Part shown: positions 8,195 through 15,758 of the stretch, one piece after another
How positions within the stretch are numbered: position 1 is the stretch's first letter
Layout: each line of letters starts with the position of its first letter
Origin: an uncultured bacterium
Lineage (GTDB): Bacteria; Acidobacteriota; Thermoanaerobaculia; Multivoradales; JAHZIX01
Direction: 5' to 3'
Length of the DNA stretch: 64,000 nt
Assembly (NCBI GenBank): GCA_965368975.1
Contig: CBDUPA010000008.1
Location: forward strand, 61,626-125,625
Position numbers and translations under genes: made by a program
The notes under the pieces: model-generated
What the model was told of the DNA's origin: nothing
The model's input: only the letters and a program-made list of their open reading frames with translations
Database searches by the model: none

Positions 8195-10156
8195 CTACCC
8201 GTCCGAGTCGGGAGCTACTCGAGCCAGAGCCTGCTCGGCTTGCAGGTGCCGTGGGTCGAGTTGTAGGGTGCGCCGATAGTGCTCGGCGGCCTGCTCCAGG
8301 TCTCCGAGCTCGCGTAGCAACTCGCCGTACTGGTAGTGCGTGTTGGGCCACAATGGCCGGAGCTGTAAGAGACGCTCGTACTGTCGGCGGGCGGCGTCGA
8401 GATCGTCCGTGCTGCGCAACAGCCGCGCTAGGTTGAAGCGAGCTTCGAATCGGTCGGGATGCTGGTCGAGCAAATGGTCCAGCTGCTCGATGGCGATGTC
8501 ATACTGGCCCTTCTGTGCCAGCGCCAAGGCGCGCCACTCGAGGGCCTGCGCGCGTGTGGCTGAGTCGTGCGGTGCCTCGGCCAGTCTGGCGAGCGCCGCG
8601 GTCAGAGCGGGCATGGCGTCGTCTGGACGTTGCTGCAGCAGGCGTGCGTGTGCCAGGTCGAGATACGGTTCCGGAAAGGGGGGCTCCTGGCTCGCGAGCA
8701 AGCGCTCCAGATGCTCGATACCCGCGGGCGAGGCGGCACCGCTGAGACGGACTAGCGTGGTGACCGCGTAAAGGTCGGCGTGGAGTTGCAGCTGCGGTGG
8801 CAGATTCTCGGGCTGGCGCAACCACAGATCGGTGATCGGCGGGTGAACTTCCTCGAGTGGTGCCAGGGCGCCAGGCGGTGCTCGGCGCTGGATCCGGTGA
8901 TCGGTCATGGCGACGTGGACGACATCTTGGGTGCGCCGCTGCGGCATGTGGCAGGCGGTACAATCCTGGGCGGACACGTCCGGCAGGTCGGCATGCCCCG
9001 TCATCGCGTCCAGTTGGCAAGCGTCGACCTCGTGGCAACTCAGGCAGGCTTGCCGGTAGTGCTCGACGCGCCGAGCCGGTTCCACCTTGCGGTGCGGGTC
9101 GTGGCAGCTCAGGCAGGAGAGATCGCCCGGCGGTGATTCCAGAAAGCAGCGACTCTGTTCCAGGCGATAGGGGTGGTGGTTGATCTCGAAGCGCTCGACC
9201 ATCGTTCGGCCTTCTTCTTTGATGTCTGGATAGAGCAGGAAGGCGTTGAGGTCGTAGCCCGCACGAAAGGCATAGTCACCGACACCGAAGGGGCGCACGC
9301 CGGGGAGCGCGACGGTCGGTTGGAGGTGACATTGGTGGCACACGTCGTCACGGCGCGCGGCGGGCAGGTCGATGGGGTCGAGAATGCTGGTGCGCACGGT
9401 CTCGCTGTCGGCGTCGCCCAGGGCCAGGCGCGAGTGCTCTGCACCCGGGCCGTGACAGCGCTGGCAGCCGATGCCCTCGGGCAGATCGGCAGGAAAGGTG
9501 TGCGGGGCGCCGAAGCTATCACTGCCGGCCTCAACGTCCGGGTAGCCGTTGTGGCAGAACATGCATTCGCGCCGCAGCCGCCGCGTCAAGCCGCCGTGCT
9601 CGACGCTGTCAAACCCCGGTGCCATGGCCCAGCCAGCGCCCTGTGTGTACCAAGCAAGGGGTAGTTGGTAGAGCTCGCCGCCGGGCGTCTGGACGATGTA
9701 GACGCGCGACGTGTGGCCCGACCCCATCACCCAGTCGATGTCGAGCTCGAGCAGGTGGCGGCGCTCACCGGTCGCGTCCGGCTGCCATTGGCGGAAGACC
9801 AGGCGCTCGCCCTGTCGCTGCATCTGGTACGCCATGCCGCTGGCCGCATGCTGGAAACTGGGCGCGGTGCTGCCGGCTGCTGCGAAGGTCTCGATATCGC
9901 GCTCGACTGCCGGACGGAAGAAGGACTGTGCCATCCCCAGGTGCTGGTAGTCGTTGTACAGCCCCTGGTGACACAGCGCGCACGCCCGATCGTCGACGTA
10001 GCCGGGGGCCGCGCCGCCGGAGACAGCGAAACCGAGTGCAGCCAGAGGGTCGTGGGGCTCGCCCGTCGCGGGTGCCGACCGCTGCTCCAGCCAGGCGAAG
10101 AGGCCCACGACGGCTGCCACGAGCAAGATTGCCGAGAAGATTGGTTGCCAGCGCAT
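8195..10156 (-). CDS. multiheme c-type cytochrome (7 CxxCH motifs) fused to C-terminal TPR repeats; N-terminal membrane anchor/signal
   Basis: CALCH, CMFCH, CQRCH, CHQCH, CLSCH, CLSCH, CTACH motifs. N-terminal hydrophobic segment MRWQPIFSAILLVAAVVGLFAWL. C-terminal ~200 aa of TPR-like helical repeats. Confidence 0.8.
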   Translation of the reverse strand: MRWQPIFSAILLVAAVVGLFAWLEQRSAPATGEPHDPLAALGFAVSGGAAPGYVDDRACALCHQGLYNDYQHLGMAQSFFRPAVERDIETFAAAGSTAPSFQHAASGMAYQMQRQGERLVFRQWQPDATGERRHLLELDIDWVMGSGHTSRVYIVQTPGGELYQLPLAWYTQGAGWAMAPGFDSVEHGGLTRRLRRECMFCHNGYPDVEAGSDSFGAPHTFPADLPEGIGCQRCHGPGAEHSRLALGDADSETVRTSILDPIDLPAARRDDVCHQCHLQPTVALPGVRPFGVGDYAFRAGYDLNAFLLYPDIKEEGRTMVERFEINHHPYRLEQSRCFLESPPGDLSCLSCHDPHRKVEPARRVEHYRQACLSCHEVDACQLDAMTGHADLPDVSAQDCTACHMPQRRTQDVVHVAMTDHRIQRRAPPGALAPLEEVHPPITDLWLRQPENLPPQLQLHADLYAVTTLVRLSGAASPAGIEHLERLLASQEPPFPEPYLDLAHARLLQQRPDDAMPALTAALARLAEAPHDSATRAQALEWRALALAQKGQYDIAIEQLDHLLDQHPDRFEARFNLARLLRSTDDLDAARRQYERLLQLRPLWPNTHYQYGELLRELGDLEQAAEHYRRTLQLDPRHLQAEQALARVAPDSDG

Positions 10157-10250
10157 GTCGGGCGCGGATTGTACCAGGTAAGATCGGCCGGCGTGCTGGT
10201 ATCCGATGCACGCATCGCCGGCTCACTCGTCACTCCAGGAGGCTTCCCGC

Positions 10251-12512
10251 ATGACTCGAACTGCTCGTACGCTCCCCACGGTCGTCCTCGCCGGTCTGTC
10301 GCTGGCGGGAGGGCTCTCCTCAGTTGGTGAGGCGTCAGCCTCTGCAGCGGCAGCCAGCGCGGCGTCGGCGGCTCGGATGGCGGGCAAGTGGACGCCGGAA
10401 CAGCTGCTCCAACATGATGCCGAGTGGCTGCGTGAGATCGGGCTGCGTGTGCCGGCAGGGGAGCTGTGGAATGCTGACGGAGGCTTGCTGCGGGCTGTGG
10501 TCAACATTCGGGGTTGCACGGCCAGCTTCGTGTCCGAGCAGGGTCTGATGCTGACCAATCACCACTGTGTGTACTCGATTCTCCAGCAGCACAGCACGCC
10601 GGAGCGCGACCTGCTGCGCGACGGTTTCGTCGCCGAGCGGCTGGAGGACGAGTTGCCGGGGGGCAATAGTTGGGCATCGGTGATCCATCGCCTGACCGAT
10701 GTGACGGCCGAGGTCGAGGCGGCGGTGCCCGCTGGTGCAGACGACCTGCAACGATACCAGGCGTTGGAGGCGAAGAAGAAGGAACTGGTGGCGGCTTGTG
10801 AGGCACAGCCGCACCGGCGCTGCCAGGTAGCTGTCTACGACGATGGTGTGCACTATGAGTTGATCGAGGCACTCGAGTTCACCGACGTGCGCCTGGTGTA
10901 TGCACCGCCGCAGGCGGTGGGGGAGTACGGCGGCGAAGTCGACAATTGGTCATGGCCGCGCCACACTGGCGACTTCGCGCTACTGCGCGTCTATGCGGCA
11001 GAGGGGAAGCGACCGGCCGCCTACGATACGGCGAACCAACCCTACCGGCCGCAGGTGTCGCTGCGTCTGGCCACCGAAGGCGTTGAGGCCGGAGACTTCA
11101 TTCTCGTTCCGGGCTTTCCGGCCCGCAGCTACCGCTCGTGGATCGTCGACGAGGTGGCCGAGCGTGCCGAGCTGTTCTTTCCCCAGCGCAGCGCGCTCTA
11201 CCAGGATTGGCTGCAGGTTCTGAGCCAGGAAGCAGAGAACGGCGAAGCTGCCCGCCTGGCCTTGGCGGATCGCAGCAAGCGGTTGGCCAACCGTGAGAAG
11301 AACTCGCGCGGGCAGCTGGCAGGACTGGCGCGTGGCGAGGTGCTGGAGCACAAAAGGGCCGCCGAGCGCGAGATCTTGGCCTGGGCCGGGGAGCAGGCGG
11401 TGCACCGTGGGGCAATTGAGGCCTACGCGGAACTACAGGCGCTCGCCGCCGAGACCCGTGCGACATGGCAGCGAGACTTCCTGCTCGATCAAGTCGACAG
11501 TGGGCCGCTGGTGCTGGACCTGGCACTCGATCTGGTGCGTGCCGCGACGGAGCGTGAGAAGCCGGACGCCGAGCGTGAGCCGGGCTTTCAAGACCGGGAT
11601 CGGAGTAACCTGCGGCGCTCGCAGGAGCGCAACCAGTCGCAGCTGTATCGACCCGCCGAGGCCCGCTTGCTGACCGACCTGTTGCTGCGCCTCATGGCCT
11701 TGCCTTCCGACCAGCGTCCGCCAGCGGTCAGGCGCCTGGCAGCAGGGTTGGAGGAGGGAGAAGCCGCCGGTCGTGAGGCCTGGGCGGCGCGGCTCGACGA
11801 AGTGCTCGCCGAGACCCAGGTGTTCGACCTGACCGCGCGGCTCGAGATGTTCGAGCAGACACTGGCAGAGCTACGCGCGCGCGGCGACAGCCTGCTCGAC
11901 CTGGCGTTCGAGCTGCAAGAGACGATTCTCGATGTCGAAGCGGCGCGCAAGCGACGGCAGGGAGCGATTTCGCGTCTGCGCCCACTGTGGCGCCGAGCCG
12001 TGGCGGCGCACGCGGCCGCGCCCGTCGACCCGGACGCCAATGGCACACTGCGGGTCAGCCTCGGTCGCGTGCAGGGCTATTCGCCGCGTGATGGCATCTA
12101 CATGCTGCCGTTCACGCGATTGTCGGGCTTGATCGCCAAGCACACCGGAACCGAGCCGTTCGATGTGCCCGAGGCAGTGCTCGAGGCCGCCGGCAAGCAG
12201 AGTCTCGAGGACGCGGAGACGCGCTGGGTCGCCGAGGCGCTGGGCGAGGTGCCCGTCTGCTTCTTGGGCACGGCTGACACCACGGGCGGCAACTCCGGCT
12301 CACCCGTTCTCGACGCCGAGGGACGGGTGGTAGGGGTCAACTTCGACCGCGTCTGGGAGAACGTGGCCAACGACTTTGGCTACAACCCCGAGGTCGCTCG
12401 GCAGGTCAGTGTCGACGTGCGCTACTTGTGGTGGATGCTCAGCGAGGTCGCTGGGCCGCCGGCAGCTCGCTTGCTAGAGGAGCTGGCGGGGCCGCGCTCG
12501 ATGGATGAGTAG
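10251..12512 (+). CDS. S46-family serine peptidase (dipeptidyl-peptidase 7/11-like)
   Basis: Signal peptide. NHHCVYSIL (catalytic His region), C-terminal TGGNSGSPVLDAEGRVVGVNFDRVWENVANDFGYNPE (catalytic Ser block). GGAGG RBS 8 nt before ATG 10251. Confidence 0.85.
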   Translation: MTRTARTLPTVVLAGLSLAGGLSSVGEASASAAAASAASAARMAGKWTPEQLLQHDAEWLREIGLRVPAGELWNADGGLLRAVVNIRGCTASFVSEQGLMLTNHHCVYSILQQHSTPERDLLRDGFVAERLEDELPGGNSWASVIHRLTDVTAEVEAAVPAGADDLQRYQALEAKKKELVAACEAQPHRRCQVAVYDDGVHYELIEALEFTDVRLVYAPPQAVGEYGGEVDNWSWPRHTGDFALLRVYAAEGKRPAAYDTANQPYRPQVSLRLATEGVEAGDFILVPGFPARSYRSWIVDEVAERAELFFPQRSALYQDWLQVLSQEAENGEAARLALADRSKRLANREKNSRGQLAGLARGEVLEHKRAAEREILAWAGEQAVHRGAIEAYAELQALAAETRATWQRDFLLDQVDSGPLVLDLALDLVRAATEREKPDAEREPGFQDRDRSNLRRSQERNQSQLYRPAEARLLTDLLLRLMALPSDQRPPAVRRLAAGLEEGEAAGREAWAARLDEVLAETQVFDLTARLEMFEQTLAELRARGDSLLDLAFELQETILDVEAARKRRQGAISRLRPLWRRAVAAHAAAPVDPDANGTLRVSLGRVQGYSPRDGIYMLPFTRLSGLIAKHTGTEPFDVPEAVLEAAGKQSLEDAETRWVAEALGEVPVCFLGTADTTGGNSGSPVLDAEGRVVGVNFDRVWENVANDFGYNPEVARQVSVDVRYLWWMLSEVAGPPAARLLEELAGPRSMDE

Positions 12513-12724
12513 GGCGATTGGAGGGGATTTCAATCCAATTCTGATCCAACAGAATGACGGCAGGCGACATGAGACTTCTCCTCTGCAAGAGCAAGGGCAA
12601 TCTGTTCATCGAGCTGTAGGCTGGAGAATGACCCAGATCAAAGGATATTCAAAACATTCCTATACTAGCATGGGTGCATGAGGGCGTCCAGGGCGGGACG
12701 TTTTTCTCACTGCCGTTTCGGGGA

Positions 12725-14398
12725 TCAGTCGTAGACACCGTCAGCGAACCAGTCGCCGCTGCTGCGATCACGGTAGATACGGTAAAGGCCACCGCCGCTC
12801 AGCTCGATGTCCCAGTAGTCGCGCTGTGCGGCACCGGCTTCGTCCCACCAGGCTTCTTCCAGACTCCAGGGGCCAGAGGCGACGCGAATGCGTCCCTCGA
12901 TACGAGGTCGGCGGGTGGCCTCGTCTTGGTGGCTCGTGCGCAAGGACAGCAGTTGCAGGTCGTCGAGGTTGCTGCCCGGGTGACCGTTACCGGTTCTGCC
13001 GCTTCCAGTTCTGCCGTTTCCCGTGCGACCGCCTTGTGTGGGAGCGCCTGTTGCTGGCTTGGTGGCTGTCATCACCTCCAGCTCGACGGCGGGGCGCAGG
13101 GCGCGGACGGTGAGCAGGCCGTGGGCCGCAGCAGGCATCGGGGTGCCGGCGGGGGTGGTGGGCGGGGGCGGTGGGCGGAACTCGACTAGCTGAAAGGTCT
13201 CGGGACGGTGGTCGTCGCGCGGTCGCGGTGAGCCGACGCGTTCCGGGCCGAGGAGCGCGAAGAGGCGGGCGAGGGTGGTGGCGAGTGCGTCCGGCGACAG
13301 TTCGGCCGGACCGAACAGCGACAGCTGCGCGGCTCGCGGTCGGTCAGGATGTGCGATGAAGACAAAGCCGGTAACCGGCGCCCCAGGCACGCGCGCTTCG
13401 AGTTCCAGGCGCACCAAGGTGAGCAGGGTCTTGACGTCGCGTGTCGCCGTCGGTAGTTCGATGCTGCGCTCGTGGTGTCCGTCCGGCTCGAGTTCCAGGC
13501 GCAGTTCCAACTGCTTGCATGCCAGGCCGCAACCGGCCAGGCGCCGGCTCAGCCGTTCCAGGGCGCTGCGGGCGATGAAGAGAAAGGGTTCGAGCGCCAC
13601 CAGCGGCCATTCCAGGGCGCTGCCCTCACGAAAGTCGACCGGTGGCTGGCGTGGCATCAGCGGTTGTGGATCGAGGCCGCGGGCGATGGCATGCAGGGCC
13701 TGCCCCTCGCCGCCCAGACGACTGGAGATCTGGGCCTCGGACAGATTGGCGAGTTGTCCGGCAGTGTGGATGCCCCAGCGTTCGAGGGTGTGGGCCAGGC
13801 GCAGACCGGGCGATAGCCGCTCCAGAGGTAGCGGTGCCAGGAAGGCGGCTTCTTCGCCGGCCGGGATCACCGTTGGTTCGGCGCGCAAGCCGGCCGCGAC
13901 CCGGGCCGCCAGTTTGCTGCCGGCGATGCCGACACGCAGTGGTAGGCCGTCGTCCTCGGCACTGAGAATCAGGGCTCTTGCCAGGAGCAGTTCAGGGGGC
14001 TCTGGAGGTCGCGTTGCTGGCTCGCCGGACGATGCCTGAGAGAAATGCCGTTCTAGGCCACCGGTGTCGAGGTAGGCGAGACCTGCGCCGCCGTCTTCGA
14101 GGCGTGGCGAGAAGCGTTCGGCGACTTCGAGCAGGGCTTCCTGCGCGGAGACCTCACACGCTGCGTCGCGGCCGCGCGCCACGAGTTTGGGGATCAGGGC
14201 GCGCGCCTGCGACAGCGTCATGCCGGGACGCACGCCGGCCTGGCGAGCCAGGCGCGTCGCGGCGACGATGCGGGCGGTCTGGCCTTCACCGGTGAGCACA
14301 GCGAGGGCTTCGCCCTTCAGTTCCGGCTCGCTGCGCAGACGGGCGGCGAGTGGGAAGAGGGGAACCCACAGGCAGGCGAGGCGTTGCGGGGGGGCCAC
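12725..14398 (-). CDS. imuB: ImuB (Y-family DNA polymerase-like protein of the imuA-imuB mutagenesis cassette)
   Basis: N-terminus ACLWVPLFPLAARL...ARIVAATRLARQAGVRPGMTLSQARALIPKLV resembles the Y-family/ImuB N-terminus. Lies directly downstream of an ImuA-like gene. Confidence 0.65.
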   Translation of the reverse strand: MAPPQRLACLWVPLFPLAARLRSEPELKGEALAVLTGEGQTARIVAATRLARQAGVRPGMTLSQARALIPKLVARGRDAACEVSAQEALLEVAERFSPRLEDGGAGLAYLDTGGLERHFSQASSGEPATRPPEPPELLLARALILSAEDDGLPLRVGIAGSKLAARVAAGLRAEPTVIPAGEEAAFLAPLPLERLSPGLRLAHTLERWGIHTAGQLANLSEAQISSRLGGEGQALHAIARGLDPQPLMPRQPPVDFREGSALEWPLVALEPFLFIARSALERLSRRLAGCGLACKQLELRLELEPDGHHERSIELPTATRDVKTLLTLVRLELEARVPGAPVTGFVFIAHPDRPRAAQLSLFGPAELSPDALATTLARLFALLGPERVGSPRPRDDHRPETFQLVEFRPPPPPTTPAGTPMPAAAHGLLTVRALRPAVELEVMTATKPATGAPTQGGRTGNGRTGSGRTGNGHPGSNLDDLQLLSLRTSHQDEATRRPRIEGRIRVASGPWSLEEAWWDEAGAAQRDYWDIELSGGGLYRIYRDRSSGDWFADGVYD

Positions 14399-14419
14399 GG
14401 CGACGGCGGCCTCTCGGGA

Positions 14420-15514
14420 TCAGACCGCGACCCAGGCCGGCGCCGGTGGCTGCGGGCGGGCGGGTGTCCACGTCGTGGAACGCTCTGCCGCGGGGGCCAC
14501 CGGTCGCCGGCCCGGCCGGGAAGGGGCGGGAGTGGGGGCGGGATGGAGAGGTGCGGCGATCTCGTTGGCACCAGCGGGCAGATGGTGCCGTTCTTCGAGA
14601 TGCAGCCTGTTGTCGAGTTTCGGCCAATCTGCAAGATCCAGGTGATCGTCGAGGCGCAGGTTCAGTGCCGCTTCGCCGCCTGGACGGTGGCCGCGGTGCT
14701 TGGCTAGCTGCCAGCTGTTGCCGAGGCCGCACAGTAGAGACGGAGCCCAGTAAGGCCGATGGTGTGCACCCCGGTTCTGCAGGCTTGATTCCTTGTGGCC
14801 AGTGCCCTTGTGCCCAGCGCCCTTGTGCCAGGCGCCCTTGTGCCAGATGCCGTGGCCGCTGCGGGCGTCGATCACCGCGCTGGCGGCGGTGCCGCTGACG
14901 CGGTAGGGACTGCACACGAGCAGCGTGCTGCCGCGACCCTGCGCGGCGCGCGCCAAGCGTAACCAGCCGGCTTCGAGACCACGGCCACCGCGTACCGGTG
15001 GTAGGCCGAGGTCGAAGACGATCAGCGGAAAGCCGCAGCCGAGCAACATCTCGGCGCCGATCAGCGCTTGCTTGGTGCGCTGTGGCCGCAGCCAGAGCAG
15101 ACGCTCCAGGTCGACACCGGCGGCGGCCGCCTGCCGAGGTTCCAGGCTATCGCCGAGATCGACCAGGGCGGCTGGTTCCCCGGCGGCGGTGGTCGCTGCC
15201 AGGACCGCCAGGGCCGCCGCGAAGCGGCCACTGGAGCGCCGGCCGGTGAGTTCGATCAGGCAGCCGCTGGGCAGACCGCCGTCGAGCAACTGGTCGAGTG
15301 TCGGCAGGCCGGTGGCGCGCATCGGCTTGCTGTCGCGGGCATCGGGGTGAGCAGGTAACAGATCGCGGGCGCGACGGAGTTTCTGCAACTCTTCGGGGAG
15401 AGAGGATACGAGCCTGAGGGCCGACCGCGGCATGGGGTTGGCGGGAGTGGTTGCTAGAAATGCCACGGCCGACCCTACAGGCAAGTTTGAGATCTTGGTC
15501 ATCGCGTCTGTCAC
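14420..15514 (-). CDS. imuA: ImuA (RecA-fold SOS mutagenesis protein) with unusual C-terminal low-complexity extension
   Basis: First ~230 aa ImuA-like (GLPTLDQLLDGGLPSGCLIELTG..., RecA-like core). C-terminal ~130 aa contains HKG repeats (GIWHKGAWHKGAGHKGTGHK) encoded by a 15-bp DNA tandem repeat. GTG start at 15514 or ATG at 15502. Confidence 0.6.
   Translation of the reverse strand: MTDAMTKISNLPVGSAVAFLATTPANPMPRSALRLVSSLPEELQKLRRARDLLPAHPDARDSKPMRATGLPTLDQLLDGGLPSGCLIELTGRRSSGRFAAALAVLAATTAAGEPAALVDLGDSLEPRQAAAAGVDLERLLWLRPQRTKQALIGAEMLLGCGFPLIVFDLGLPPVRGGRGLEAGWLRLARAAQGRGSTLLVCSPYRVSGTAASAVIDARSGHGIWHKGAWHKGAGHKGTGHKESSLQNRGAHHRPYWAPSLLCGLGNSWQLAKHRGHRPGGEAALNLRLDDHLDLADWPKLDNRLHLEERHHLPAGANEIAAPLHPAPTPAPSRPGRRPVAPAAERSTTWTPARPQPPAPAWVAV
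14790..14849. repeat. 15-bp tandem repeat x4 (CCCTTGTGCCAGGCG-like) inside the imuA 3' region
   Basis: Four consecutive near-identical 15-mers. They encode the WHKGA repeat in the ImuA C-terminal extension. Confidence 0.85.
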
Positions 15515-15526
15515 GGTGTGCGCTGG

Positions 15527-15590
15527 GTTCTTGTTCTTTGGGTTCTTGGTTCAGGTGTTCTTGGTTCGTTCCGTTTGCCATCCAAGAACC
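15527..15590. promoter_or_regulatory. GTTC-repeat cluster (candidate SOS/LexA-type operator) 13-76 nt upstream of imuA
   Basis: Seven GTTC cores. Tandem 15-mers GTTCTTGGTTCAGGT / GTTCTTGGTTCGTTC, including GTTC-N7-GTTC at 15557-15571. Inverted copy CCAAGAACC at 15582-15590. Confidence 0.3.
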
Positions 15591-15662
15591 CGATCTTAGG
15601 CGGTAAAGAGGCGTAAGTCAAGTCGAATTACCGCCTTATTTACGCCATCGGATGTATCGATT

Positions 15663-15702
15663 CCAAGAAAAAACGCCCGGAGAAATGGGATTCTCCGGGC
15701 GT
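15663..15702 (-). terminator. rho-independent terminator of the permease/M1-peptidase gene
   Basis: Hairpin ACGCCCGGAGAA-ATGGGA-TTCTCCGGGCGT followed on the minus strand by a TTTTTCTT run. Confidence 0.7.
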
Positions 15703-15758
15703 TTCTGCACCAATCGAGTTCCGTGAAAGAGAACTCTTGCATTGAGGGCGGGGTTGGT

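Noticed and set aside
12674-14645. Plus-strand ORFs (12674-13189, 13275-14039, 13978-14295, 14187-14645) across the imuB/imuA region
   Set aside because: Antisense to the ImuB- and ImuA-like genes and compositionally junk-like (Arg/Gly/Ala runs).
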